Assembly (NCBI GenBank): GCA_964510585.1
Contig: CAZECW010000150.1
Location: 4,239 to 36,238 of the forward strand
Reading direction: 5' to 3'
Length of the DNA stretch: 32,000 nucleotides
Origin: an uncultured archaeon
Lineage (GTDB): Archaea; Asgardarchaeota; Jordiarchaeia; Jordiarchaeales; Jordiarchaeaceae
Positions 20,018 through 28,503 of the stretch are shown here, piece by piece. The translations under genes were made by a program, and so were the position numbers. Positions within the stretch are counted from its first letter, which is position 1; each line of letters begins with the position of its first letter. The notes beneath the pieces are model-generated. The model was not told where the DNA came from and ran no database searches. It saw only the letters and a program-made list of their open reading frames with translations.

Positions 20018-21280
20018 TCATACCCGTGAATGTTTTACGATAAATTCGCAATAATCATCCCCCTTTGCTACACATTTTATCTCTTCACACACGTAATGAT
20101 CTCCAGTAAAGATTTCGAAGGCCCCCGCTATTAGTCCCGCCCTGAGCCAACCAGTAGCCTTACCAAGACCTTTGAAATGTGAACAGAAAGGAGAATTTGC
20201 AACTCTAAACCTGTAACTATTTGTTTTTTCGTCAAATGTGAAGTCTGTGGCCCCCTGTCCCCAGAGCTCTGTTAGTTTAGCCAATGATTCAGCCGCCTTT
20301 TTAAGATCAGTTATTTTGAACTGCTCCCTGAAATCTTTAACTAATGGAAAGCCAACTTTTCCCTGATGGTACATAAACTTACTGGCCTCCTCGTATCCGA
20401 ACTCTTCTATCATCATTTCAAAAACCATAGGATAAAATTTTGGGTCCTGAATAATCACTCTCGATTCTAGAAATTCGAGGACGCCTTCTTCTAGCATTTT
20501 CAATTGTTGACTTATATAATCGAAATCCTCAACGGTTTTAGTACTCAGAGCAAATCCTGTGGGTCTTATCTCGTATGGAACAAAATCATCTCGATAAGTA
20601 GGAGATGGTGATTTAACCACCCTCAAATACTTCTGAAACTTTCTGTTCACCTCAAATATTTTAATGTCTAAAACGTAGTCGAACATATGCTCTAGGATTT
20701 TTTGGCTTCTTTCTTCCAGCATACCCTTATCTAAAACAAAGATACACAAGCCGAGCCGGCTAAATCTTGTTATCGCTTGATAAATGAAATTTATGACCTT
20801 GTCCAGTTGCCGTTTCCTAAATAGGAACAAGTTGCTGGAAAACACAAGAATACAAACATTGGGTTTTCGTTGCTCAATTATTTGTGAAAGTTCAGATAAG
20901 TAAGCATTGATGTGGACAATGTCTCTAGGTTTTTCTATTATATGTTCTTCGTTAGAGAGGGGCCCCTCGTACATCCTCGTAAAACCGTCTATCATAAAAA
21001 ACCGTCTATCTTTTTCCAACTCTTCAACGTTGAACTTTTTAAATTTAAACCATTCCCTAATTCTATTTGTGGGAATATCAAAATCTATTATGAAACCCGT
21101 ATCCCCCAGAAATAATCTATTAGCAAACAAGTTAAGAGCCACTATCTCTCCCATGCTTCCCGCTTCGATCAAAAAAAGAACAGAGGAATGCCTGAGAAAT
21201 CCACCGCCACTCAAACCATCTATTTCTAGATTCCCTGAACTAACTAATTCCACAAGGTTCCCCCTTTTGGAAGCTATCAC
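20018..21280 (-). CDS. KaiC/RAD55-like (degenerate ATPase) domain fused to V4R domain, paralog 1
   Basis: VSSGNLEIDGLSGGGF, LEHMFDYVLDI, KYLRVVKS; C-terminal WGQG, NSPFC, AGLIAGAFE, EEIKCVAKGDDYCEF. Confidence 0.8.
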   Translation of the reverse strand: MIASKRGNLVELVSSGNLEIDGLSGGGFLRHSSVLFLIEAGSMGEIVALNLFANRLFLGDTGFIIDFDIPTNRIREWFKFKKFNVEELEKDRRFFMIDGFTRMYEGPLSNEEHIIEKPRDIVHINAYLSELSQIIEQRKPNVCILVFSSNLFLFRKRQLDKVINFIYQAITRFSRLGLCIFVLDKGMLEERSQKILEHMFDYVLDIKIFEVNRKFQKYLRVVKSPSPTYRDDFVPYEIRPTGFALSTKTVEDFDYISQQLKMLEEGVLEFLESRVIIQDPKFYPMVFEMMIEEFGYEEASKFMYHQGKVGFPLVKDFREQFKITDLKKAAESLAKLTELWGQGATDFTFDEKTNSYRFRVANSPFCSHFKGLGKATGWLRAGLIAGAFEIFTGDHYVCEEIKCVAKGDDYCEFIVKHSRV

Positions 21281-21797
21281 TCTTACTCCTCTATATAGAG
21301 AACAATTAAATAATATAAAGATACTTACTAACTAATTCTTTTCAATTTGGAAATATTAAGGCTAGGGGTGTTATGTGAATTATGGTTTAATATGTTTTTC
21401 TTGGGTGTAGAAGATTTTTGTCGCAAAATCGTGTTTGGGTGTTCTAAGTCATCTTTCAGCTGGAGTCTGACTTGTCTTCCGGTGAACAACTTTTGTTCCC
21501 GTTTTGCAAGAAGGCGAAATATTAAGCCTTTTCCGGGAGGGGGAAAATTAAAAAGTCCTCTCACCTAGGAGACAGAAAACTGCTCCAATCCAAAAAGTGC
21601 ATTTAATTCTTTTATTCCTTCTTTTTTCTTGTTATACTGGTGAGAATGGGTTTATGCAGTCTCGGAGGATCCCCACCTGACTATAACTGATTGGGTGTTA
21701 GAAATCAGTCTTGAAAAATGTGTAGAAAATACTGTTTGTCCTGGGAATTGTTGGAATCAAGGTTGCAGAATGGTTAATTATTAGCTAAATGTCAAAT

Positions 21798-22679
21798 TTA
21801 TTCTTTGGGATTTCTACTTATTTCTTTTTTGATTTGTTGCAGTTTTTGTGCTACATCTTCCTTAAGTGAGTAGGAATATTCTTCTGTGGGAAAAAGCTCT
21901 TTTTCTACTTCCTCCTTGTACTGTAGCACCGCGTTTTTAATGGCTTCTCTTACATTTCCGAACCTTTTTACAAATTTTGGTTTAAAGCCCTGGTTAATCC
22001 CTATGGCATCATGCAATACCAAAACTTGTCCGTCACAGTGGATACCCGCGCCTATTCCTATGGTGGCAGCTTCCACTGATTCTGTTATTAGCTTAGCAAC
22101 CTGCCAGGGTATCCCCTCAAGCACAATCGAGAAGACGCCCGCCTCATCTAGAGCCTTTGCATCTTCAAGTAAAGCTTTTATTGCCCTCTCAGTTCTGGCC
22201 TGAACCTTATGACCTCCAAAAATATGTATGGATTGTGGGGTGAGTCCGATATGCCCCATTACTGGAACACCAAGGTTGAGAATCGCCTTCACCACTTCTA
22301 TTATCCTTTTTCCACCTTCCGGCTTAACGGCTTCGGCTCCACCTTCCTGAACTAGACGCATAGCGTTTTTCGCAGCAATCTCGGGAGTTATGCAGGAGCC
22401 GAAAGGCATATCTCCCACAAGTAAAGCGTACTGAGTTCCCCTCCGTACAGCGGCTGTGTGTCTCACCATATCTTCCATTGTTACGGAAAGAGTATCTTTA
22501 TATCCCAAAACATTGTTTCCTAGAGAGTCACCCACCAGAATTATGTGTACTCCTACCTCGTCCAAAATCTGAGCTGTGGGAGTATCATAGGCGGTTAGCA
22601 TAACGATTTTTTTACGCTCCTCCTTCATTCTCTTAATATCAAGCACAGTTATTTTTTCTCGTTCCATTAAAACCATCAA
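21798..22679 (-). CDS. panB: 3-methyl-2-oxobutanoate hydroxymethyltransferase
   Basis: MLTAYD, ILVGDSLG, GDMPFGS, MGHIGLTPQS, IGIGAG, DGQVLVLHD. Confidence 0.96.
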   Translation of the reverse strand: MMVLMEREKITVLDIKRMKEERKKIVMLTAYDTPTAQILDEVGVHIILVGDSLGNNVLGYKDTLSVTMEDMVRHTAAVRRGTQYALLVGDMPFGSCITPEIAAKNAMRLVQEGGAEAVKPEGGKRIIEVVKAILNLGVPVMGHIGLTPQSIHIFGGHKVQARTERAIKALLEDAKALDEAGVFSIVLEGIPWQVAKLITESVEAATIGIGAGIHCDGQVLVLHDAIGINQGFKPKFVKRFGNVREAIKNAVLQYKEEVEKELFPTEEYSYSLKEDVAQKLQQIKKEISRNPKE

Positions 22680-23031
22680 CCTACTTCACTCTTTAAATTA
22701 AGAAAAAATAAGATCACCTTAAAAAATGTGCTGTACAAAAATATTTGCGTATACTTCTCAGATCAAGAACTGTATGTCTTGGCAACATTTCTCTTTGCTA
22801 TGAAACATATTTTCTTCCTTCACTCGTAGAAACATATGTGGAAGGGTTTGTGTAGAACGATAAAGACCAGAAGGGATGCAGAGGCAAAACTTTATTTATG
22901 AGCGAGAAGCAGATTGAAAACATATTTTTGATTCAAAAACTCTTAACCGTTATATCTTACGAAAAAATTATATCCTCTCTGAAGAATTGTCTCTTGCGAG
23001 TTTATAACACTTTTTAGGAGGTGTTTAAAAA

Positions 23032-24975
23032 ATATCTGAGAAAAGCGATATACGCATAGGTGTCTTTGTCTGCGGCTGAGGCACTAATATATCAGGCGTT
23101 ATCGATGTGAGAGCGTTAAAAGAATACGCTTCTACACTAGCAAACGTTGTTGTGGCTGAGGAGTCAACTTCGCTATGTACAGAAGCAGGCGCAAACCTCA
23201 TCAAAAAGAGCATTAATGAAAATAATTTGAATCGTATAGTAGTGGCGTCCTGCACTCCAATAACCCATGAATCAGTGTTTAAAGCAGTGCTGGAGGATGC
23301 GGGGCTAAATCCTGGATTGCTTGAATTCGTAAACATACGGGAACACGATGCATATGTTCACAGGAATCAACCGGAAGAAGCTCTGGAGAAGGCTAAAGAT
23401 CTAATCAGAGCCGGCGTGGCTCGTGCAAACTTTCTTGAAGAGATCCCCACAAGAGTAATACCCGTGGAGAGAAAATCTCTCGTTATTGGTGGAGGAATTT
23501 CAGGAATTCAAGCAGCTTTGAACCTTGCAAATGATGGTTTTGAAGTCTTTCTAGTTGAAAAGAGCCCTACCATAGGAGGAAAAATGGCTCAACTAGACAG
23601 AATCTTTCCAACGGATGACTGTGCGATATGAATTCTAGGTCCTAAAATGCTTGAAGTAGCAAGAGAACGTAATGTTAAATTATTAACCTACTCAGAAGTG
23701 GAGAAGATAGAAGGGTACTTGGGTAACTTTAAGGTGACAATTAAGAAGAAACCTAGGTACATCATCGCTGAAAAATGCAATGGTTGCGGTGTCTGTGAAG
23801 AGGTATGTCCAGTATTCAGACCAAAAGAGTTTGACGAAAATATGGGAATCAGAAAAGCAATCTACATTCCTTTCCCCCAAGCAGTGCCCAAAATAGCTAT
23901 AATCGATATGGAACACTGTATAAAGTGTCGACTCTGCGAAAAAGTGTGCGAATTTAAAGCAATTGACTTGGACCAAAAGGAAGAAAAAATAGAGTTAAGT
24001 GTAGGTACAATCATAGTCGCAACCGGATATGATCAGTATAATCCAGAAGGAAAATATGGTTATGGCAAGTATGAGAATGTCATTACACAGCTTCAACTGG
24101 AGCGATTACTTGCACCTAATGGACCAACCGGCGGCCACTTGGTGAAATTATCTGATTTGAAGAAACCTGAGAGTATTGTTATGATTCAATGTGTTGGCTC
24201 TAGAGATTTGAATTCCAATCAGTACTGCTCTGACGTATGCTGTATGGTGGCCATAAAGAATGCAAAGCTAATAAAGCAGGAATATCCAGACGTAGAGGTA
24301 ACAATCTGTTACATGGATATAAGGTGCGCAGGGAAGGCTTGGGAAGAATACTATACCAGAGCGAGAGAATATAACATAAAATTCATTAGGGGAAATGTCG
24401 GCTCAGTTAGAGAGAATCCCGAGACAAAGAAATTGATCGTTAGAGTTGAAGATACTCTGAACAGTGAGATAAAAAGGATAGAGGCTGATTTAGTGGTTCT
24501 TTCAGTTGCAATGGTTCCTTCCAAAGACTCCGAAAGGCTAGCAAGCATCCTGCGCCTAGATAGAAGTCCAGGAGGTTTCTATAAAGAGAGACACTCGGTG
24601 CTTAGTCCAATAGATACTAAGGTTCCAGGAATATACGTTGCAGGCGCGGCTCATGGACCCAAATCTGTACCAGAAGCTGTGGCTCATGCCAGTGGTGCAG
24701 CTGCTGCAGCAGCGATACCCCTAATTAAAGGTAGGTACACGATAGAACTCGTATCCGCTACAGTTGATAAAGATCGGTGTAATCTGTGTGAATTGTGCGT
24801 AAATGTATGTCCGATTGGTGCAATTACGGTCAAGGATGGTGCTATTGAGATTAATGAGATAATCTGTAAAGGTTGTGGTTCTTGCGCTTCGATGTGTCCT
24901 TCTAGAGCTATGACTGTGAGGTTTTACAGGCCAAAACAGTTTGAAACGTACATTGATGCTCTGTTTACAACTTAG
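23032..24975 (+). CDS. hdrA: Heterodisulfide reductase subunit A-like selenoprotein (Sec at codons 16 and 200), ~647 aa
   Basis: One continuous frame apart from TGA 23077-23079 (RIGVFVCG-U-GTNISG) and TGA 23629-23631 (TDDCAI-U-ILGPKM), both at conserved Cys positions; FAD motif, QCVGSR, ferredoxin domains; ATA start inferred. Confidence 0.9.
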
Positions 24976-24989
24976 TCGGGGTGTTCTTT

Positions 24990-25421
24990 ATGAGTTTAAA
25001 TTTTGAAGTTTTCACTCCCAAAATTGCTGCGTTCTTATGCTTGAAGTGAGGTTACGGTGCAGCTGATATGGCTGGAACAATCAGAAGCCAATACCCAACA
25101 TCAATAAGAGCGGTTAAGGTTAGGTGTTTAGGCATTGTGCATCCTGACTACATACTAAGGGCTTTATGCAAAGGAGCAGATGGGGTACTTTTAATAGGGT
25201 GACGAATAGGAGAATGCGACTATGAAACAGGGAACATATCTGCAACTAAACATGTGGGATACTTAAAACAGGTATTGCGTGCTATAGGATTAAGTGAAGA
25301 ACGTTTGCAAATTTACTACTGTTCCTCAGCAGAGGGATCATTATTCGCTGAAATAATCAAAAAGGTAACAGAAGTGATCGCGAAACTAGGACCCAATCCA
25401 ATTAGGCAAACTAAAAGCTAA
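24990..25421 (+). CDS. mvhD: MvhD/VhuD [2Fe-2S] subunit, selenoprotein (Sec at codons 20 and 71), 143 aa; absent from ORF track
   Basis: MSLNFEVFTPKIAAFLCLK-U-GYGAADMAG...VRCLG...GADGVLLIG-U-RIGECDYETGN...CSSAEG...LGPNP; TGA at 25047 and 25200, TAA 25419-25421. Confidence 0.93.
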
Positions 25422-25466
25422 GTAGTGTGAGCCTCGTAGGTAAACCTTTGACTATGAGGGGACTAC
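25422..25466 (+). promoter_or_regulatory. Putative SECIS element (eukaryote/Asgard-type kink-turn hairpin) in the mvhD 3' UTR
   Basis: GUAG/CUAC stem, UGU bulge, tandem GA/GA (GUGA...GGAC), CCUCGUAG/CUAUGAGG helix, AAA in apical loop. Confidence 0.75.
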
Positions 25467-25507
25467 CCCCTTAAGGCGAGGGGAAGCTATGACTAATCTA
25501 CTCTCAA

Positions 25508-26623
25508 ATGAAAGTTAATGGAACGGGAATTTCGGAATTGAAGACAGGTGACTATGTAATAGCGAGCAGTAAGGACGAAAGATTATCTGCAACATATGGA
25601 GGAGGAGCCATCCAAACTATTCTCAAAAAAATGCTGGAAAATAAATTTGTGGAAAAAGTTGTGCTTTTTCAAGAAAAAAAGGATAGATACAGTCTGGCTC
25701 CAGTAGTAATAGAAAATCCAGACCAACTAACCTCTATACCTCTTTCTCAATTCAGTGCGTACTACCTTTCTGGACTTAATAGTGTGCCCAAATATATCCA
25801 GCAGAATTTAAAAAACGCTGGAAAAATAGGTGTTATAGCAAAGCCATGCGATATTAGAGCTATGGTTGAACTAGAAAAAAGGAAGCAAGCAAATTTAGAT
25901 AACTTGGTAATTTTGGGGGAGGAATGTCACGGCAAGGTTTCACCAAAAAAGGTTCAAAAAATATTAGAGGAAGAACGGGTTGACGCAAGTAAAGTAATTA
26001 GTGAGATGATAGACGGCAATAAGTTTAATATTAGTTTTGAGGGTGGAAACAAAAATTATATTTTGGGGAAGAAGCTTGATTTGGAAGAGAGTTGTAAAAG
26101 GTGTGGGGAGAGGGAACCAAATATTTCAGACATTTCATTTCAAGTTGTTAAGGACAACGATAAAACAAAAACTTTAATACATATAAACTCAGAAAGGGGA
26201 TTAAAAATTATTAAGTTAAGCTCAGAAGAATTGAACTTGGAAAAAGCAAAGGAAGAAGTGTTGGAACACGCTGAGAGAAATATGGCTCTATCAATTTTGA
26301 AGGCAGAAAGGTACAAATTAAAACAATTTAAAAATTTTGATAAATTATCCGAGGTAGAGGCATATAACTATTTCAAGAAATTAATTGAAAATTGTAGGAA
26401 ATGCGGAAACTGCATAAGGGCATGCCCAATCTGTGTCTGCTTAGATTGTACAGTAATTAAGCAGAGGAAGGAAATAGAACCAACTTTATACTTCCTACTT
26501 AGGATGGGACACATGGGCAAAGCATGCGTAAATTGCGGCATCTGCGATTCATCATGTAATTTTCTGGATCTGGGGCCGAGCCTGATATTCCATAGGCTTA
26601 GCGAAATTTCTAAAAAAGGATGA
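25508..26623 (+). CDS. FdhB/FrhB-like F420-interacting beta subunit with C-terminal 2x[4Fe-4S]
   Basis: GGGAIQTILKKML, KPCDIRAMVELEKRKQ, LGEECHG, CKRC, CRKCGNCIRACPICVC, CVNCGICDSSC. Confidence 0.8.
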   Translation: MKVNGTGISELKTGDYVIASSKDERLSATYGGGAIQTILKKMLENKFVEKVVLFQEKKDRYSLAPVVIENPDQLTSIPLSQFSAYYLSGLNSVPKYIQQNLKNAGKIGVIAKPCDIRAMVELEKRKQANLDNLVILGEECHGKVSPKKVQKILEEERVDASKVISEMIDGNKFNISFEGGNKNYILGKKLDLEESCKRCGEREPNISDISFQVVKDNDKTKTLIHINSERGLKIIKLSSEELNLEKAKEEVLEHAERNMALSILKAERYKLKQFKNFDKLSEVEAYNYFKKLIENCRKCGNCIRACPICVCLDCTVIKQRKEIEPTLYFLLRMGHMGKACVNCGICDSSCNFLDLGPSLIFHRLSEISKKG

Positions 26624-26743
26624 ACATGTAAATAATACTTCGTATTACAAATTTCCTTTCAGAAAGATGTGGTGGGGGGTATTACCTTGAAGGAGAGGAA
26701 TGAAAATTTCAGAAAACTGTTTCAAAAGGTGTCTGTTTCATTT

Positions 26744-27412
26744 TTACTTTGTTGGTTTCTTTAACTTCTCTAAGATCTCGTCCCATATTCGTGTGTGTTC
26801 CCCTGAATAGTGGAATTTGTTTCTTTCTATTTCTATAACATCCTTAACGGGGCAACTGTTAATACAAGCTCCACAAAGAATACATTTTTCTTTGTCAATT
26901 TCAACCTTTCCCGACTTCTCCCAGCTCTTTCTTTTCGGGATACTTAACGCCCCGACTGGGCATATCTCCACACATGTGGAGCATCCTCCTGGACACTTTT
27001 CGTTGTGTATTTTTATCTCTCCCTCGAAAAACTTGTATGCTTTTCGGCCTGTTTTCTCACAGTATACTTCTGTTTTTTCAATTTTGGGCAAGGCTCCTTT
27101 CTCAAGAATTATAAGTTCATGTTCTCCATCTATGGTCAGCTCGAAACACTCAAATGGGCATAATATTTCACAGACACCGCAGAAGGAACACTTTTTTTGA
27201 TCTATTACTACTGTGGGGGCACTTGTTAAACCCTTCAGGGAGGCTCCTACTGGTCCACGCTGTATAGCTTGCTTTGGACAGGCTGTTAAACAGATTCCGC
27301 ATCCAATGCACTTGTTTCGGTCAAATGTAAGTTTTAGGTGTTTTGTCAACATTTTCAATTCAATAACCACTTTGTCAGTGTCTACTGTTTTTGAAAATGC
27401 TGGAATTGCCAA
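26744..27412 (-). CDS. Polyferredoxin (4x[4Fe-4S], FwdF-like)
   Basis: CIGCGICLTACP, CSFCGVCEILCP, CPGGCSTCVEICP, CILCGACINSCP; start placed at TTG 27412 after AAGGTG (alternative starts up to 27463). Confidence 0.8.
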   Translation of the reverse strand: MAIPAFSKTVDTDKVVIELKMLTKHLKLTFDRNKCIGCGICLTACPKQAIQRGPVGASLKGLTSAPTVVIDQKKCSFCGVCEILCPFECFELTIDGEHELIILEKGALPKIEKTEVYCEKTGRKAYKFFEGEIKIHNEKCPGGCSTCVEICPVGALSIPKRKSWEKSGKVEIDKEKCILCGACINSCPVKDVIEIERNKFHYSGEHTRIWDEILEKLKKPTK

Positions 27413-27629
27413 GATAGACACCTTGTAACTTTTCATTATCTTCCAATACATAAAATTGTCCAACCTTTAAAACTATCGAATTTTTTAAGGAATACCAGAA
27501 ATTTTTTATAATCATACTCTAACTGTAAAGTGGAGATCAAGGAAAAGTTATGTATATTCAAATTTGTTTTGGTTAACCATGAATTTGGGGACCGCATAGA
27601 ATAAACTTTTATGTGGATGAGGTGTAAAA

Positions 27630-28286
27630 ATGATTTATGGTGCTGAGAACTCGAAGGAGGAAAATTTAACTAGCGATGGTGAGCAGTTAACAAAAGAAGA
27701 AGGTAAAGATGTCACTAGCTCTATCCCTGAACAACTTGAGTATTTTTTAGGGCAATCTTTGGGGAAAATATTGGAGGAACAGGCAACCAAAATCAAGTTG
27801 ATAGAAATGAAGGTAAAGTCTCCCATGCGTAAACACTTTATAGGAGAAGTAATCAATGGGGTGTGGGTGCCCAAATTCCCTTTAAAGAGCTATAAACGTG
27901 CTGAGTTAATATTTCAACTAAAGAATTTAAAGGAAGCCTACGAGCTTGTAAAAGCCATTAGGGAGGAAAATGAGAGAATCAAAGAGGAACAAAAGTCACT
28001 CGAGGCCTACGATACATTTAAGGGAGGATACCTAATAACTGCAATCGCAGTGCTATTTGATGATCCCTACAAAACATTTCTTTATATCAATTTCAACCCC
28101 AAAAAGAGAGTCTACTTCATAACTTATCTATGCGAAAAATGGCCTACCGAAGGAGTTCCTCTCTTCCACATAGAAATGGAGAAAAGATTTAAAAAAGCCG
28201 GCTACACCAAAATCGAAGACCGCGAAGAAATCCACAAGAGAGTAAAAATGTACTTACCTGATGAAAGTTTCATATATTTCCGCTAG
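27630..28286 (+). CDS. Hypothetical protein
   Basis: 218-aa ORF with GAGGTG RBS; no family recognised. Confidence 0.7.
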   Translation: MIYGAENSKEENLTSDGEQLTKEEGKDVTSSIPEQLEYFLGQSLGKILEEQATKIKLIEMKVKSPMRKHFIGEVINGVWVPKFPLKSYKRAELIFQLKNLKEAYELVKAIREENERIKEEQKSLEAYDTFKGGYLITAIAVLFDDPYKTFLYINFNPKKRVYFITYLCEKWPTEGVPLFHIEMEKRFKKAGYTKIEDREEIHKRVKMYLPDESFIYFR

Positions 28287-28503
28287 TTCAAACAATAAAT
28301 AACATCTAATCCCCACCACTAAATTAAGAAAGTTATTAACCCTGAACACAAATTAAAAAGAAGATTAAACATCATACCAAAAACAGGGAAATTCTAGTTT
28401 TTGTCTTCATAGCGCTTTTTTCATGCCTGTTTCTGTTTTAGATTACGTTTATAATTGATGATTCTAATATTATAAAATACATATTTCTATGAGGTGAGGT
28501 ATT

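Noticed and set aside
21328..21568. Short ORFs between the V4R fusions and panB
   Set aside because: No recognisable homology or RBS; probably intergenic or decayed sequence.
22795..22862. Possible 5'-UTR SECIS upstream of hdrA (ATGA...GA with a CTTCCTTCAC/GTGGAAGG hairpin)
   Set aside because: Could not build the kink-turn core with correct helix length by eye; needs a covariance-model search.
23107..24975. hdrA as two separate genes or a pseudogene
   Set aside because: Fragments are in frame, the stops are UGA at conserved Cys positions, and a SECIS-like hairpin lies downstream.
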